This document shows positions 1 through 9,268 of a stretch of 21,115 bases of DNA, one piece after another. Made by a program: the position numbers and the translations under genes. Origin of the DNA: Patescibacteria group bacterium (GTDB lineage Bacteria; Patescibacteriota; Gracilibacteria; JAYELJ01); NCBI GenBank assembly GCA_034717395.1, contig JAYELJ010000030.1, forward strand, positions 1-21,115. Reading direction: 5' to 3'. The notes beneath the pieces were generated by a model. It was not told where the DNA came from. It was given only the letters and a program-made list of their open reading frames with translations, and ran no database searches. Position 1 is the stretch's first letter. Every line of letters starts with the position of its first letter.

Positions 1-14
1 AATGGAAAGAAGTA

Positions 15-1895
15 ATGGGTTCATGTGCTCAGGCGCTTGCGACAACATCTCAATCGATGATTGATCATATTTATTCTGATATTACAGAGAAAAAAGATCA
101 TGCGAGTATGATGCTGATATACACAAGTGTATTTATTGTCCTTGCTCTTATTTTTATATTTATTTTGATAAGAGTAATCTCTTCTAGCATTGTCCATCCG
201 ACACAAACAATATCTGATGTACTGATATCATTTTTCAAAGTTCTCAATAGAGAAACAACACAATATGTACCAATGGAATTTGATGGAAAAGATGAGCTTG
301 GAACACTGATTACAACGACCAATGATGAAATTGTAGCAACCTTAGATGGTTTTAAAAAAGATACAGATACTATTGAAGAAACGAAAAGGGTGATCACTTT
401 AACAGATGCAGGACTATTCTTGTATGCTATTAAAACAACAGCAGATAATCCTGGAGTAGTAAGTATCGCTCAAACAACCAATAATTTTATAGCGGGGACA
501 ACAGAGCAGGTTCAAGAGATTAATAATGTCATTGGAGCAATAGCTTCTGGTAATTATACTGCCAAGATTCCTTCATCAGTCATGATGCTTGGAACCTATG
601 GTCTGATTAACAATTCTTTGGTTCTTCTTGCAAGAGCCTCTGGTATAAAATCAGCATTGATAAACAATACTGGTAAGCAGTTGCTCGATGCTACTCAGAA
701 AGGAACATCAAACGCTCAGATACTGTCTAAGAACTCAAATGAAACAGCAGCAGCACTAGAGGAAACAGCAGCAGCACTAGAGGAAGTGACGAGTACTGTT
801 ACTCAGACAACGGAAAATATGGCGCAGATGCAGAATTATGCAGATGATATTAATACATCTGCACAGACAGGTAAGTCTCTTGCAAATGATACCGTGTCTG
901 CCATGGATCAGATTAATGAAAAAGTTGCAGCTATTTTAGAAGCGATTACTGTGATAGATCAAATTGCATTCCAAACAAATATTTTATCGCTCAATGCAGC
1001 AGTAGAAGCAGCTACCGCTGGTGAAGCAGGAAAAGGCTTTGCCGTGGTGGCTCAGGAAGTAAGGAATTTGGCAAGTAGATCGGCAGAAGCAGCAAATCAA
1101 ATCAAAGATATTGTAGAGTCTGCAGAAACTGAAGCTTCTTCTGGAAAACAAAAAGCAGATGAAATGATTCAAGGGTACGACACGCTTATGAATAATATCA
1201 ATGAAACAACATTATTGATTCAAGATGTGTCTTCTGCAAGTAAGGAGCAGCAATCAGCAATTATTCAAATTAATGATGCAGTTACCAACTTGGATAGACA
1301 AACACAAGAAAATGCCAATGTGGCTAATTCTATGGAAACGATGATGAATGACAATCTCCAGCCTTTGGCTGAGAGTCTGGTGGCTATTGCACAAAGAGAT
1401 ACCTATGATCCTGGCTTAGAACAAGCTATCTGTGATCCTGATTTTGCGTATATGGTAGAAGATTTGAAAAGAGATCATGTGAAATTCAAAGAAACGATGC
1501 ATGCTTATGTAAGAGCAGCAGAGAAGAAGACAGAAGATCAGTTGCACAGAGAACAAGTACCAATGTTGAGTACCGAGACTGAGTGTAGATTTGGTCAGTG
1601 GATTGCACAGCAAGAAGCTGAAAATTCAGCTTTTGTTGGATCTTCAGAGTGGTCTGAGATCAAAGAACAGCATACTATTGTACATAAGTTGTCTCAGTCT
1701 TTTATGGAGGTTCATTATCCTCAGAAAAGAAATGCCGTGATTACTCAAATGCAATTCAGTAGAACGCCAACTGGAATTATTGTGGAGAAAGATCTTATTT
1801 CTCTTCATAAACAGATTGATGATGCAACAGATGCTCTGTTTGAAATTATGAATAGTTTAACAGTAGTTCATTGTAAACCAAAATATATGAGATAA
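15..1895 (+). CDS. methyl-accepting chemotaxis protein with C-terminal CZB (chemoreceptor zinc-binding) domain; may be 5'-truncated by the window edge
   Basis: Unbroken 626-codon ORF ending in TAA. It has one hydrophobic TM segment ([24 protein letters not shown]). It carries the canonical MCP hairpin-tip signature [44 protein letters not shown]. The frame stays open back to nt 3, so the ATG at 15 may not be the true start. Confidence 0.9.
   Translation: MGSCAQALATTSQSMIDHIYSDITEKKDHASMMLIYTSVFIVLALIFIFILIRVISSSIVHPTQTISDVLISFFKVLNRETTQYVPMEFDGKDELGTLITTTNDEIVATLDGFKKDTDTIEETKRVITLTDAGLFLYAIKTTADNPGVVSIAQTTNNFIAGTTEQVQEINNVIGAIASGNYTAKIPSSVMMLGTYGLINNSLVLLARASGIKSALINNTGKQLLDATQKGTSNAQILSKNSNETAAALEETAAALEEVTSTVTQTTENMAQMQNYADDINTSAQTGKSLANDTVSAMDQINEKVAAILEAITVIDQIAFQTNILSLNAAVEAATAGEAGKGFAVVAQEVRNLASRSAEAANQIKDIVESAETEASSGKQKADEMIQGYDTLMNNINETTLLIQDVSSASKEQQSAIIQINDAVTNLDRQTQENANVANSMETMMNDNLQPLAESLVAIAQRDTYDPGLEQAICDPDFAYMVEDLKRDHVKFKETMHAYVRAAEKKTEDQLHREQVPMLSTETECRFGQWIAQQEAENSAFVGSSEWSEIKEQHTIVHKLSQSFMEVHYPQKRNAVITQMQFSRTPTGIIVEKDLISLHKQIDDATDALFEIMNSLTVVHCKPKYMR
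741..785 (+). repeat. perfect 21-bp tandem duplication (2 copies plus 3 nt) inside the MCP gene, encoding [15 protein letters not shown]
   Basis: gaaacagcagcagcactagag occupies 741-761 and is repeated exactly at 762-782, followed by gaa. The repeat is in frame with the CDS. Confidence 0.95.
1476..1685 (+). other. CZB zinc-binding motif core within the MCP C-terminus
   Basis: The protein reads DH-VK-F ... C-R-F-G-Q-W ... H-TIV-H. This fits the CZB pattern Hxx[WFYL]...Cx[LFMVI]Gx[WFLVI]...HxxxH. The first spacer is about 32 residues by my count, slightly longer than usual. Confidence 0.7.
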
Positions 1896-1926
1896 ACATA
1901 TTTCCCCAAATATATATGATTTTATG

Positions 1927-1955
1927 CACAGAAGCTTTGTCTTCTGTGTTTTTTT
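1927..1955 (+). terminator. rho-independent terminator downstream of the MCP gene
   Basis: Stem cacagaag (1927-1934), loop ctttgt, stem cttctgtg (1941-1948), followed by TTTTTTT. Confidence 0.75.
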
Positions 1956-1977
1956 ATTTCCAAAAATCAGAGAAATC

Positions 1978-1986
1978 TGCTATAAT
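1978..1986 (+). promoter_or_regulatory. extended -10 promoter element (TGcTATAAT) upstream of the K+ channel gene
   Basis: An exact TGnTATAAT lies 36 nt upstream of the ATG at 2023. The -35 candidate is only weak (ttccaa). Confidence 0.5.
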
Positions 1987-2022
1987 ACAATGAAAATAAT
2001 CTATAATTTGTAAGTAGACTCA

Positions 2023-3045
2023 ATGACACAGACATCAAAACAACATCATATGCGGCGTGTGATAGCTCTCGGTGTGGGAGTGGTTACCATTGGAGTCCTT
2101 GGTTTTATGATTATCGAAGGCTGGAGCTTTGAAGATGCTCTCTATATGGTAATAATCACCCTGACAACCATTGGGTACCAAGAAGCTCAAGTTTTGAGTG
2201 ACACAGGTCGCTGGTTCAATATGGTATTTATCCTCTCTGGACTAGGGATTGTGCTCTATGCAATCTCTTATATATGAGCCTTTGTCGTCGAATGAGGGGT
2301 GAAACAATTTCTTATATCTCATTATACTTCTAATAAAATAAAAAAAATGAATAATCATTATATACTTTGTGGTCTAGGATCTGTGGGAAAACAGATTATC
2401 GAAGAGCTCAGACAAAATGGAAATGATGTCTGTGTCATTGATACAGATATTGATCAAAAAAATTATTGTAACAAAGAAGAACTCCTATTTATAGAAGGGG
2501 ATGCTTCGGATGAGGAGGTGCTCAAACAAGCGGGTGTAGATAAGGCAAAGGGTTTGATAGCTGCCACTGGTTCAGATGCAACGAATGTGTTTATCGTGTT
2601 ATCTGCTCGTCATGCAAATAAAGATCTATTTATTGTAGCAAGAGCGAACGAAAAAAATTCTCTTTCTAAACTCCGACAAGCAGGCGCAGACAAATCATCT
2701 CTTGCGCATCGTATTTCTGGGTACCATATGGCAACAATGGTAGAGCATCCCTCTGTGATTGATTTCTTGGATATATTAACCAATTCTTCGACTCATAGTT
2801 TTCGAATAGAAGAAGTTTATATCAGGGAGCAGTCATCGGTAGCAAATACTACGATCAAAGCATTTTTTGATCAGACTGAGTCAAATATTTCAGTGCTCGC
2901 AATATTCAAAGGATCAGCTGATAACTATATAATGAATCCAAAAGATGATCATATTATTGTTCCTGGCGACAGATTGATCGTGATGGGTGGAAGAGAAGAC
3001 CTCGACACAGTACTCGATCGTATAGAAAAACCAAAAACAGAATAG
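2023..3045 (+). CDS. 2-TM potassium-channel homologue with cytoplasmic RCK (TrkA-N plus TrkA-C) domains; two in-frame UGA(Gly) codons
   Basis: Track ORFs 2023-2277 and 2299-3045 share one frame and join through TGA at 2275 and 2293, giving ISYI[G]AFVVE[G]GVKQF. The protein shows TM1, a pore helix, a TLTTIGYQ filter and TM2. It then has a GLGSVGKQ Rossmann motif and a TrkA-C-like tail (PGDRLIVMG). Stop is TAG. Confidence 0.88.
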
Positions 3046-3066
3046 CGATGAGCTATTCTGTTTTTA
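3033..3066. terminator. bidirectional intrinsic terminator between the convergent K+ channel and uvrC genes
   Basis: Stem acagaatagc (3037-3046), loop gatga, stem gctattctgt (3052-3061). It is flanked by an A-run on one side and a T-run on the other. It overlaps both stop codons (TAG at 3043, TAA at 3064-3066 on the minus strand). Confidence 0.75.
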
Positions 3067-4914
3067 TATATTCTCTCGTAACCCTTTCCATATCTTTTCT
3101 CCAACAAGAGCTTGTAATTCATCATCGCTCGCATTACGTATACCGTCAAGTGATCAAAAATGTGTGAGAAGCTTTTTCTTAGTAACTCAACCAATTCCAG
3201 GAATAGTATCGAGGACAGATTTCTTGGCTGCTTTTATCCGACTATTCCTATTGTGAGTAATGGCAAACCTATGTGATTCATCTCGCATGTGTTGCAGGAG
3301 TCTCAGCTCGTCGGTTCCTTTTTCAAACATGATTGGATCAGACTGGTCAACGGTAAATATCTCTTCTTCTCTTTTTGCTATAGAGCAGAGAAATATATCT
3401 TTGTATGGGTCTATACCGTATTCTTCAAACACTTGTGCTACCGAAGAGAGTTGTCCTTTTCATCCATCTATAAGGATAAAATCAGGTCGAATAAAATTAT
3501 CTTTTCCGTAGTTTTTGAGTCGTCGGGTGAGTACTTCCTTCATACTTTTAAAATCATTAATCTCTCATTCTTGCAGTGTATCAATCTTATAGTGACGGTA
3601 GTCTTTTTTACTAGGCTGTCCATCTATGAATACCACCTGTGAAGCAACGGTATGAGTCCCCGAAAGATGAGAAATATCATAACACTCCATACGACTCACT
3701 TCTTGTTTTTGCGTAATAGAGAGCTTGGATTTGATATTATTTACAATTTTTTTATTTCCAATATAGCTCCGTTCAAATGATGCTTTTTGTTCTTTTGCAT
3801 AATTCTGTGCGTTCTGAGAGGCAAGAGTTATAAGATCCAGCTTTTCTCCTCGTTTGGGTGTTTTGATTCATAGGGAAGTCTTTGTGATATCACAGAGTGC
3901 TTGCTGCGTATCTTCCAATTCTGGAATATCAAGAGGAAGCAGTACTTCTTTTGGGTACGAAATAACTTCAGAGTAATATCTCAGAAGAAATTGTTGAATA
4001 ATAATCTGTAGATCTTCTTTTTTATGCTCATTCGTTTGTGAGTGTACTTGGAAATTCTCTCGTTGAATGAGTTTTCCCTCTCGTATTTGAAATACAGCAA
4101 AAGAGATAATATCACCTTCTTGATAAAATCAGATAATATCACGAGCGATAGTATCCACATGCTCTAGTTTTTGTTTTTCTTCTATTTCTTGTATGATTTG
4201 GTATTGCTCTTTGATCTTTGCAGCCTCTTCAAACAGCTGTTGTGTGGCAAGCTCCATCATTTTGTTTTTGAGTATTTTGAGTATTTCTCAGGTGTTCCCT
4301 TTGAGAAAACTTACAATCCCATCAATAGTATGTTGATATTCTTCGGGAGTAGTGAGCGCTGTACAAGGAGCTCCACATTTTTTGATATGGTAGTCCAGGC
4401 ATGGAGTGTTTCTGTCTATATTTTTGAGCTGAGTTTTCTTCTCTTCTATTACAATACTCATACGACAAGTACGATAGGGGAATATACCTCTCAGGAATTG
4501 GAGAAGTTTCTTTATTCTATTAGCAGATGTGTAGGGTCCAAAGTAGAGATTCTTATCTTTGGTTGGTCTTCGTACAATAGTGATTCTCGGAAACTGTTCG
4601 GTTGTATGTATTTTTATATAGACAAAGCTTTTATCATCTTTGAGCAAAATATTATATCTTGGTTTATGTTGCTTGATGAGATTATTTTCCAGGATCAGGG
4701 CTTCGATATTATTCGAGACCTCTATGTATTCAATATTGTCGATCTGGGGTACCATTTTGTGTGTCCAGACGGATCATTTATTTTTACCATTAAAATAACT
4801 CTGTACACGAGTACGGAGTTTTTTCGCTTTCCCTATATAGAGGATTGTATCATTTGTATCTTTGTATATATAACAACCAGGTTTATTTGGTATGTTTTTG
4901 ATTATATTTCTCAT
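3064..4914 (-). CDS. uvrC: excinuclease ABC subunit C (UvrC), 616 aa, with eight in-frame UGA(Gly) codons
   Basis: N-terminal GIY-YIG domain (KPGCYIYKD...[17 protein letters not shown]). Middle region [20 protein letters not shown]. Then PDFILIDG[G]KGQL and a C-terminal HhH region IPGIG[G][10 protein letters not shown][G]SLDGIRNAS. The minus-strand TGA codons have their lowest plus-strand coordinates at 4774, 4288, 4129, 3868, 3565, 3460, 3187 and 3154. Stop is TAA. Confidence 0.93.
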
Positions 4915-4916
4915 CT

Positions 4917-5183
4917 CTAGTTGATCATTTGTTCAAAGACTTTTCGTGCAATATCCTCCTGTTCTTTTTTTCGAGAAGCCTGTGTACTCATATCCAGACG
5001 GAGTGTATCACCAATATTTATATCTTCTGAAAGATTTTTAATAGGCCAGTAAAGAGTATTAGCTTTTGGTGTATCGTAGGGAGTTTGTATTTCTAGAATA
5101 GCAAAACGATCTTCAAAAGAGAGAATCTTTGCTTCAAGAGAATGATTGAATTGGTGATCGAGAGCTTGGTCTATGGTGAGCAT
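4917..5183 (-). CDS. small hypothetical protein (88 aa), possibly DUF3006-like; its stop lies 2 nt before the uvrC ATG
   Basis: Intact ORF ending in TAG at 4917-4919, with the uvrC ATG at 4914. The architecture ([15 protein letters not shown] ... [11 protein letters not shown] ... acidic helical tail) resembles DUF3006 from memory only. Confidence 0.55.
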   Translation of the reverse strand: MLTIDQALDHQFNHSLEAKILSFEDRFAILEIQTPYDTPKANTLYWPIKNLSEDINIGDTLRLDMSTQASRKKEQEDIARKVFEQMIN

Positions 5184-5259
5184 GAGAAAAATGATAGTAA
5201 ATAATATGTATTCTTATTTTATTGTGTTTTGAATAATTATGCAATTTATGTTGAGCTTG

Positions 5260-6375
5260 TTATTCTAGAATCTGACCTCATCCCACAACATAATCTCCAT
5301 CGTAGAATACCGCTGTTTGACCAGGAGTGATAGCAACATTTGGAAATCGTTCGAAATCTATACGGCAAGTGTTGTTTTTTAGTCGAGTAAGTTGCGCAGG
5401 AATCTCCAAAGTTCTGTGGCGGATTTTGACAGAAATCATCTTCCAGTCTCGATTATATTTCTCATGGGACCAAGTAATATCTCGAACAATCATGTCCGTT
5501 TTCATAAGTGTCTCTTTTGGTCCGAGCCAGAGAGTGTTTGTATCGGGATTCATACGTGATACATAGACTGGGTCTGGAAAACCTCAGATATCTATTCATC
5601 TCCTCTGTCATATAGTGTAAGCAAGAAGACCGTTATGTTGTCCGAGTAATTGATTGGTTTCTGTGTGTCGAATTTCTCCTGGGACAAAATATCTTTCTCC
5701 TAGATGACGACGAAGAAAATCTATATGTCCCTTGTCTGGATGGAAGCATATCCCCATGGATTCTGGTTTCTCTATGACCGAATCCAGCCCCTGTTCGATG
5801 GCTATTTTCCGAACTTCTCCCTTGGTCATATGAGCCAGAGGAAATACACAGTGAGAGAGTTTCCATTGGTCCATTGTGTAGAGAAAATAACTCTGGTCTT
5901 TCATTGGGTCGAATCATTTTTTGAGTCTGTATTCTATTTCTCCATCTTGTTCTTCTTGGATCACATTGGCATAGTGACCAGTAGAAATATAGTCAGCTCA
6001 CATGTCTTGCATAGTTGTGAAATACAGTCCAAATTTGATACTTCGGTTACATTCGATACAAGGATTAGGAATGAACCCAGCTTTGTATGTGTCGAGATAG
6101 TATTGAACAACCGTGTCATAAAACTCCTGAATATAGTTAACACGATGCAGGGGAATATCGAGTTTTTTACATACATCGAGAGCATCTTGGTAGGCCTGAT
6201 CACCACAGCATCTGTTGGTAAATGTAGAGCCATCTGCATTGATACAACACTCATCAGCCCAATAGTTATGATAGACTCCTTCAACATTATACCCTTGTTC
6301 TTTGAGAAGATAGGCTGCTACAGCACTGTCTATCCCGCCTGACATACCGATAAGTACTTTTTTCCCTGTATTCAT
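5260..6375 (-). CDS. mnmA: tRNA-specific 2-thiouridylase MnmA, 371 aa, with six in-frame UGA(Gly) codons
   Basis: PP-loop VLIGMSGGIDSAV, then DM[G]ADYISTGHYA, LKK[G]FDPMKDQSYFLY, AYTI[G]QRR[G]IDI[G]G and a C-terminal FYDGDYVVG[G]GQILE. The TGA codons have their lowest plus-strand coordinates at 5998, 5914, 5608, 5596, 5584 and 5278. The true stop is TAA at 5260-5262. Confidence 0.93.
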
Positions 6376-6432
6376 GGATTTTTATTATAATATTGCGATT
6401 ATTCTATCATACTCTTGAGTATTTTCGAAAAG

Positions 6433-6458
6433 AAAAAAGCACTGAGATGACTCAGTAC
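6433..6458 (-). terminator. rho-independent terminator after the 139-aa orphan gene
   Basis: The minus strand reads GTACTGAG-TCAT-CTCAGTGC followed by TTTTTTCTTTT. Confidence 0.7.
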
Positions 6459-6462
6459 TTAT

Positions 6463-6882
6463 TTATTGATATGATTCGAATTGAATCTGTTCTTTCCCTT
6501 TTGTAGCGAAATCGAACATTTCTACAAGAGATACTTCCTTTTTCTGCTCGTTTGTTCCGTGCAGCATAATTCCTGTATTTTTCTTGTGTTGTTGTTGTTG
6601 CTCATCTATATCTGCTGAATGATGAGCTACTACTAACTGATCAAAAGTAAGTACTTTATTCACAGGTTCTTTTGTTTCTGGTGTCTTTTGATCCGAAGCC
6701 GAATCAGTGTAGACAATACTAGGGGTAAAAGATTTTTCTTTGAGTTGCTTCTGAATATTTTCAGAAGCTGTTTCTACATGAGAGATGGATACAAACCCTT
6801 TGACCGCTTCCCACAGATGCAGAAATAGGTTAGCGCTTGTATTTGTGTCTCTGATATGCGAATAAACTGGTGAAGCAGTCAT
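6463..6882 (-). CDS. hypothetical protein (139 aa), no recognisable family
   Basis: Intact ORF with a strong SD (AAAGGAGGTACACA-ATG) and a TAA stop followed by a terminator. It contains a QQQQ run. Confidence 0.7.
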   Translation of the reverse strand: MTASPVYSHIRDTNTSANLFLHLWEAVKGFVSISHVETASENIQKQLKEKSFTPSIVYTDSASDQKTPETKEPVNKVLTFDQLVVAHHSADIDEQQQQHKKNTGIMLHGTNEQKKEVSLVEMFDFATKGKEQIQFESYQ

Positions 6883-6971
6883 TGTGTACCTCCTTTTGTA
6901 GTACTAATTTTCTAGAACCAAGTGGTTCCATTGCGGGGCTCAACTGTTAAATTCCGAATTAAACTAAATCT

Positions 6972-7000
6972 ATATTATCGAGTTTATTATAAAATGTCTA
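6972..7000 (-). promoter_or_regulatory. candidate sigma70-type promoter for the 139-aa gene (TAGACA-17-TAATAT)
   Basis: The minus strand reads TAGACA (7000-6995), a 17-nt spacer, then TAATAT (6977-6972). A competing TATAAT sits inside the spacer, so the assignment is uncertain. Confidence 0.3.
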
Positions 7001-7034
7001 GGATTTTTCCCTTTATTTTTGTAGAATAGTATTA

Positions 7035-8417
7035 ATGAAGAATACAAAATTTGAACAACATACTGGACGTGTATGGATATGGGGCTTTGGAGTAGAATGA
7101 AAGGCTTCTTTTTCGTATTTTCAGAAATTCTACCCAGAGAGGAAATTGTGAATTATTGAGAATTATGAAAATTTGGATCCGGAGTTTATGAAGCAGTGTC
7201 GATCACAGAAAATATTACTGATAGACAAACAATACTTACCTGATCACGCATCCTATATACTCAAGGCGACTATTAAACCTCGGGATATTGTACTCAAGTC
7301 ACCGGGTATATCACCATTGTCCCAAGATTTTCAAGTGATACAAGATACAGGGGCTTCTATGAGCACCGCAACACAATTATTTCTTGCTATGTATCGTAAT
7401 CAAATTATCGGAGTTACAGGATCCAAAGGAAAATCAACAACATCATCATTGATCTACTCTATACTCCAGCAAACAACAGATAATGTGTATCTTGTTGGGA
7501 ATATAGGAATATCACCGCTACAAGTTTTGGTAGATCACACAGACTCTATAGATCACACAACAATATTTGTATATGAACTTTCCAGTTATCAACTCCATGG
7601 ACTCACTACCTCTCCAAAGTACGCAGTAATAACGAGTCTGTTTCCAGACCATTTGGATTGGCATGGGGGAAAAGATCCATATTATGCAGATAAATTGAAT
7701 ATATTGAGATTCCAGGATTATAAATCTGGAGATTGGTGTTTTATTTCTCATCAGGCAAGAGGGGTTATGCAAAATTCTGTCATCCTCGACTCCGATCGGG
7801 GATCTAGAATTTTTATTCAAGATAGAATCTTACCTCTACTTCAAAATCTGCAGATATGACAGAGTGTTATGTACTGACTCATTGGTCAGCACAACCAATC
7901 AAATATACAGTTAGCAATATCTGTTGCACAAACTCTTGGTTGTACAGAAGAGCAAATAGAACAGGGGATTGTAGGATTTCAGGGGCTTCCTCATAGATTG
8001 GAATATGTCTGAGAACACCATGGTGTAGACTGGTACGACGATGCCAATGCTGCAACACCAGAGTCTGTAATAGTCGCGTTAGATGCTCTATCTGAAGAAA
8101 ATAAACAGGTGGATACACTTTTTCTAGGGGGGAGCGATAGGGGATATGATTTTACAGAGTTACTAGGGAAAATATCTCAGTTACATATACAAAACATTGT
8201 GCTTTTCCCACCGAGTGGAGAGAGAATATATCAACAAATAGATCAAAAAAGATACACAATACTTCAAACAACTTCTATGCAAGAAGCGGTAGAGTTCGCA
8301 AAACAAAACACAGAAAAATGAAAAGTAGCCTTGCTTTCTTGCGGCTCTCCAAGCTATAGTTTATGGAGAAATTTCGAAGAAAAAGGTGATCTTTTTCAAA
8401 AATATATTACAGAATAA
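7035..8417 (+). CDS. murD: UDP-N-acetylmuramoylalanine--D-glutamate ligase (MurD), 460 aa, with six in-frame UGA(Gly) codons
   Basis: N-terminal VWIWGFGVE[G]KAS Rossmann-like motif and Mur ligase P-loop GVTGSKGKSTT. Further on come MY[G]LIGQHNQSN, GLPHRLEYV[G]EHHGVDWYDD and a C-terminal LLSCGSPSYSLWRNFEEKGDLF. TGA codons are at 7098, 7149, 7857, 7875, 8010 and 8319. Stop is TAA at 8415-8417. Confidence 0.9.
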
Positions 8418-8440
8418 TTATTTTCTTATTATCCTTCTCT

Positions 8441-9202
8441 ATGTCTATGAATGAAAACACAAAGATCAACATGCAGGATTTTCCTGAAGTTCAGCGTTTC
8501 TTGAATGCAGTTACCAAAGTAATTCGTTATTTTTTCTCTGGGATTGTTATTGTCCTTCCTCTTATCCTGACTCTAGCCGTAGTGGGATGGGTGATTGGGT
8601 TTTTTGATGGTCTTATTGGAGGGCAGTCATTTCTCAATAACATTGTGAACTTTATCCTCTCTATCACGACATTGGGGACAGAATGGAAAACAGCTATTGG
8701 ATACTCGCTTATTGTAGGAGCATTAATTCTTCTTGGTGCATTTAGAGAAAGAAAAGCTCTTGGGACTCGTGTTCAGCTACGTATTCAGAACTTCTTTTCT
8801 CGTATACCTTTGGTGAGTAAGATTTATTCGACTTCAGAACAGATTTCAGAATATTTTCTCAAACCAAGTGATGGCCTCAGCAAGTTTGGAGATGTAGTCA
8901 TGATCGATGTGATGAATGGAAAAATGTTTGGTCTCGTATCTCCAGAATCTATCTTGGATATAGGTGGAGTAAAACATATGTGGGTATTTATTCCTACCGC
9001 TCCGGTTCCAGCGACAGGGTACAATTATCTTGCCAAGCTGGACAGTGTATATTCATGCAAAGAGATCGGGATCGACAATTTTGCCAAAGCGAATATTTCT
9101 CTGGGGATCCTAGCTCATGACTTGGTAAAAGAACAGTTGAACTTGGTTCCATATTCAGAAGTGCTTGCAGAGAGAAAAAAAGATAAATCAGAGAAAAAGT
9201 AG
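8441..9202 (+). CDS. DUF502-family integral membrane protein
   Basis: Intact 253-codon ORF with two N-terminal TM helices. It carries the family-typical IPTAPVPATGY motif (compare PTTPNPTSGF). Confidence 0.7.
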   Translation: MSMNENTKINMQDFPEVQRFLNAVTKVIRYFFSGIVIVLPLILTLAVVGWVIGFFDGLIGGQSFLNNIVNFILSITTLGTEWKTAIGYSLIVGALILLGAFRERKALGTRVQLRIQNFFSRIPLVSKIYSTSEQISEYFLKPSDGLSKFGDVVMIDVMNGKMFGLVSPESILDIGGVKHMWVFIPTAPVPATGYNYLAKLDSVYSCKEIGIDNFAKANISLGILAHDLVKEQLNLVPYSEVLAERKKDKSEKK

Positions 9203-9216
9203 ATATAATGAAACAC

Positions 9217-9248
9217 AAAAAACACCCAGCCAAGCTGGGTGTTTTTTT
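9217..9248. terminator. bidirectional intrinsic terminator between the convergent DUF502 and mscS-like genes
   Basis: AAAAA, stem acacccagc (9222-9230), loop caa, stem gctgggtgt (9234-9242), then TTTTTTT. Confidence 0.85.
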
Positions 9249-9268
9249 GATACTGAAAGAAAAACTTT

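Noticed and set aside
4171-4920. A 249-aa plus-strand ORF, with similar long antisense ORFs at 5704-6342, 3289-3642, 11136-11779, 16288-16680 and 18757-19107.
   Set aside because: They lie antisense to well-supported conserved genes. They encode low-complexity products rich in F, Y, I and L or in S and C, as expected for shadow frames in AT-rich DNA. None has an SD or a recognisable motif.
3064-8417. uvrC, mnmA and murD (and also mltG and the channel gene) look like pseudogenes broken into 2-7 fragments each.
   Set aside because: Every break is a TGA and all fragments of a gene share one frame. The breaks that fall in alignable motifs are at conserved Gly positions, and no TAA or TAG interrupts the frames. 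Recoding (table 25) explains the pattern far better than decay.
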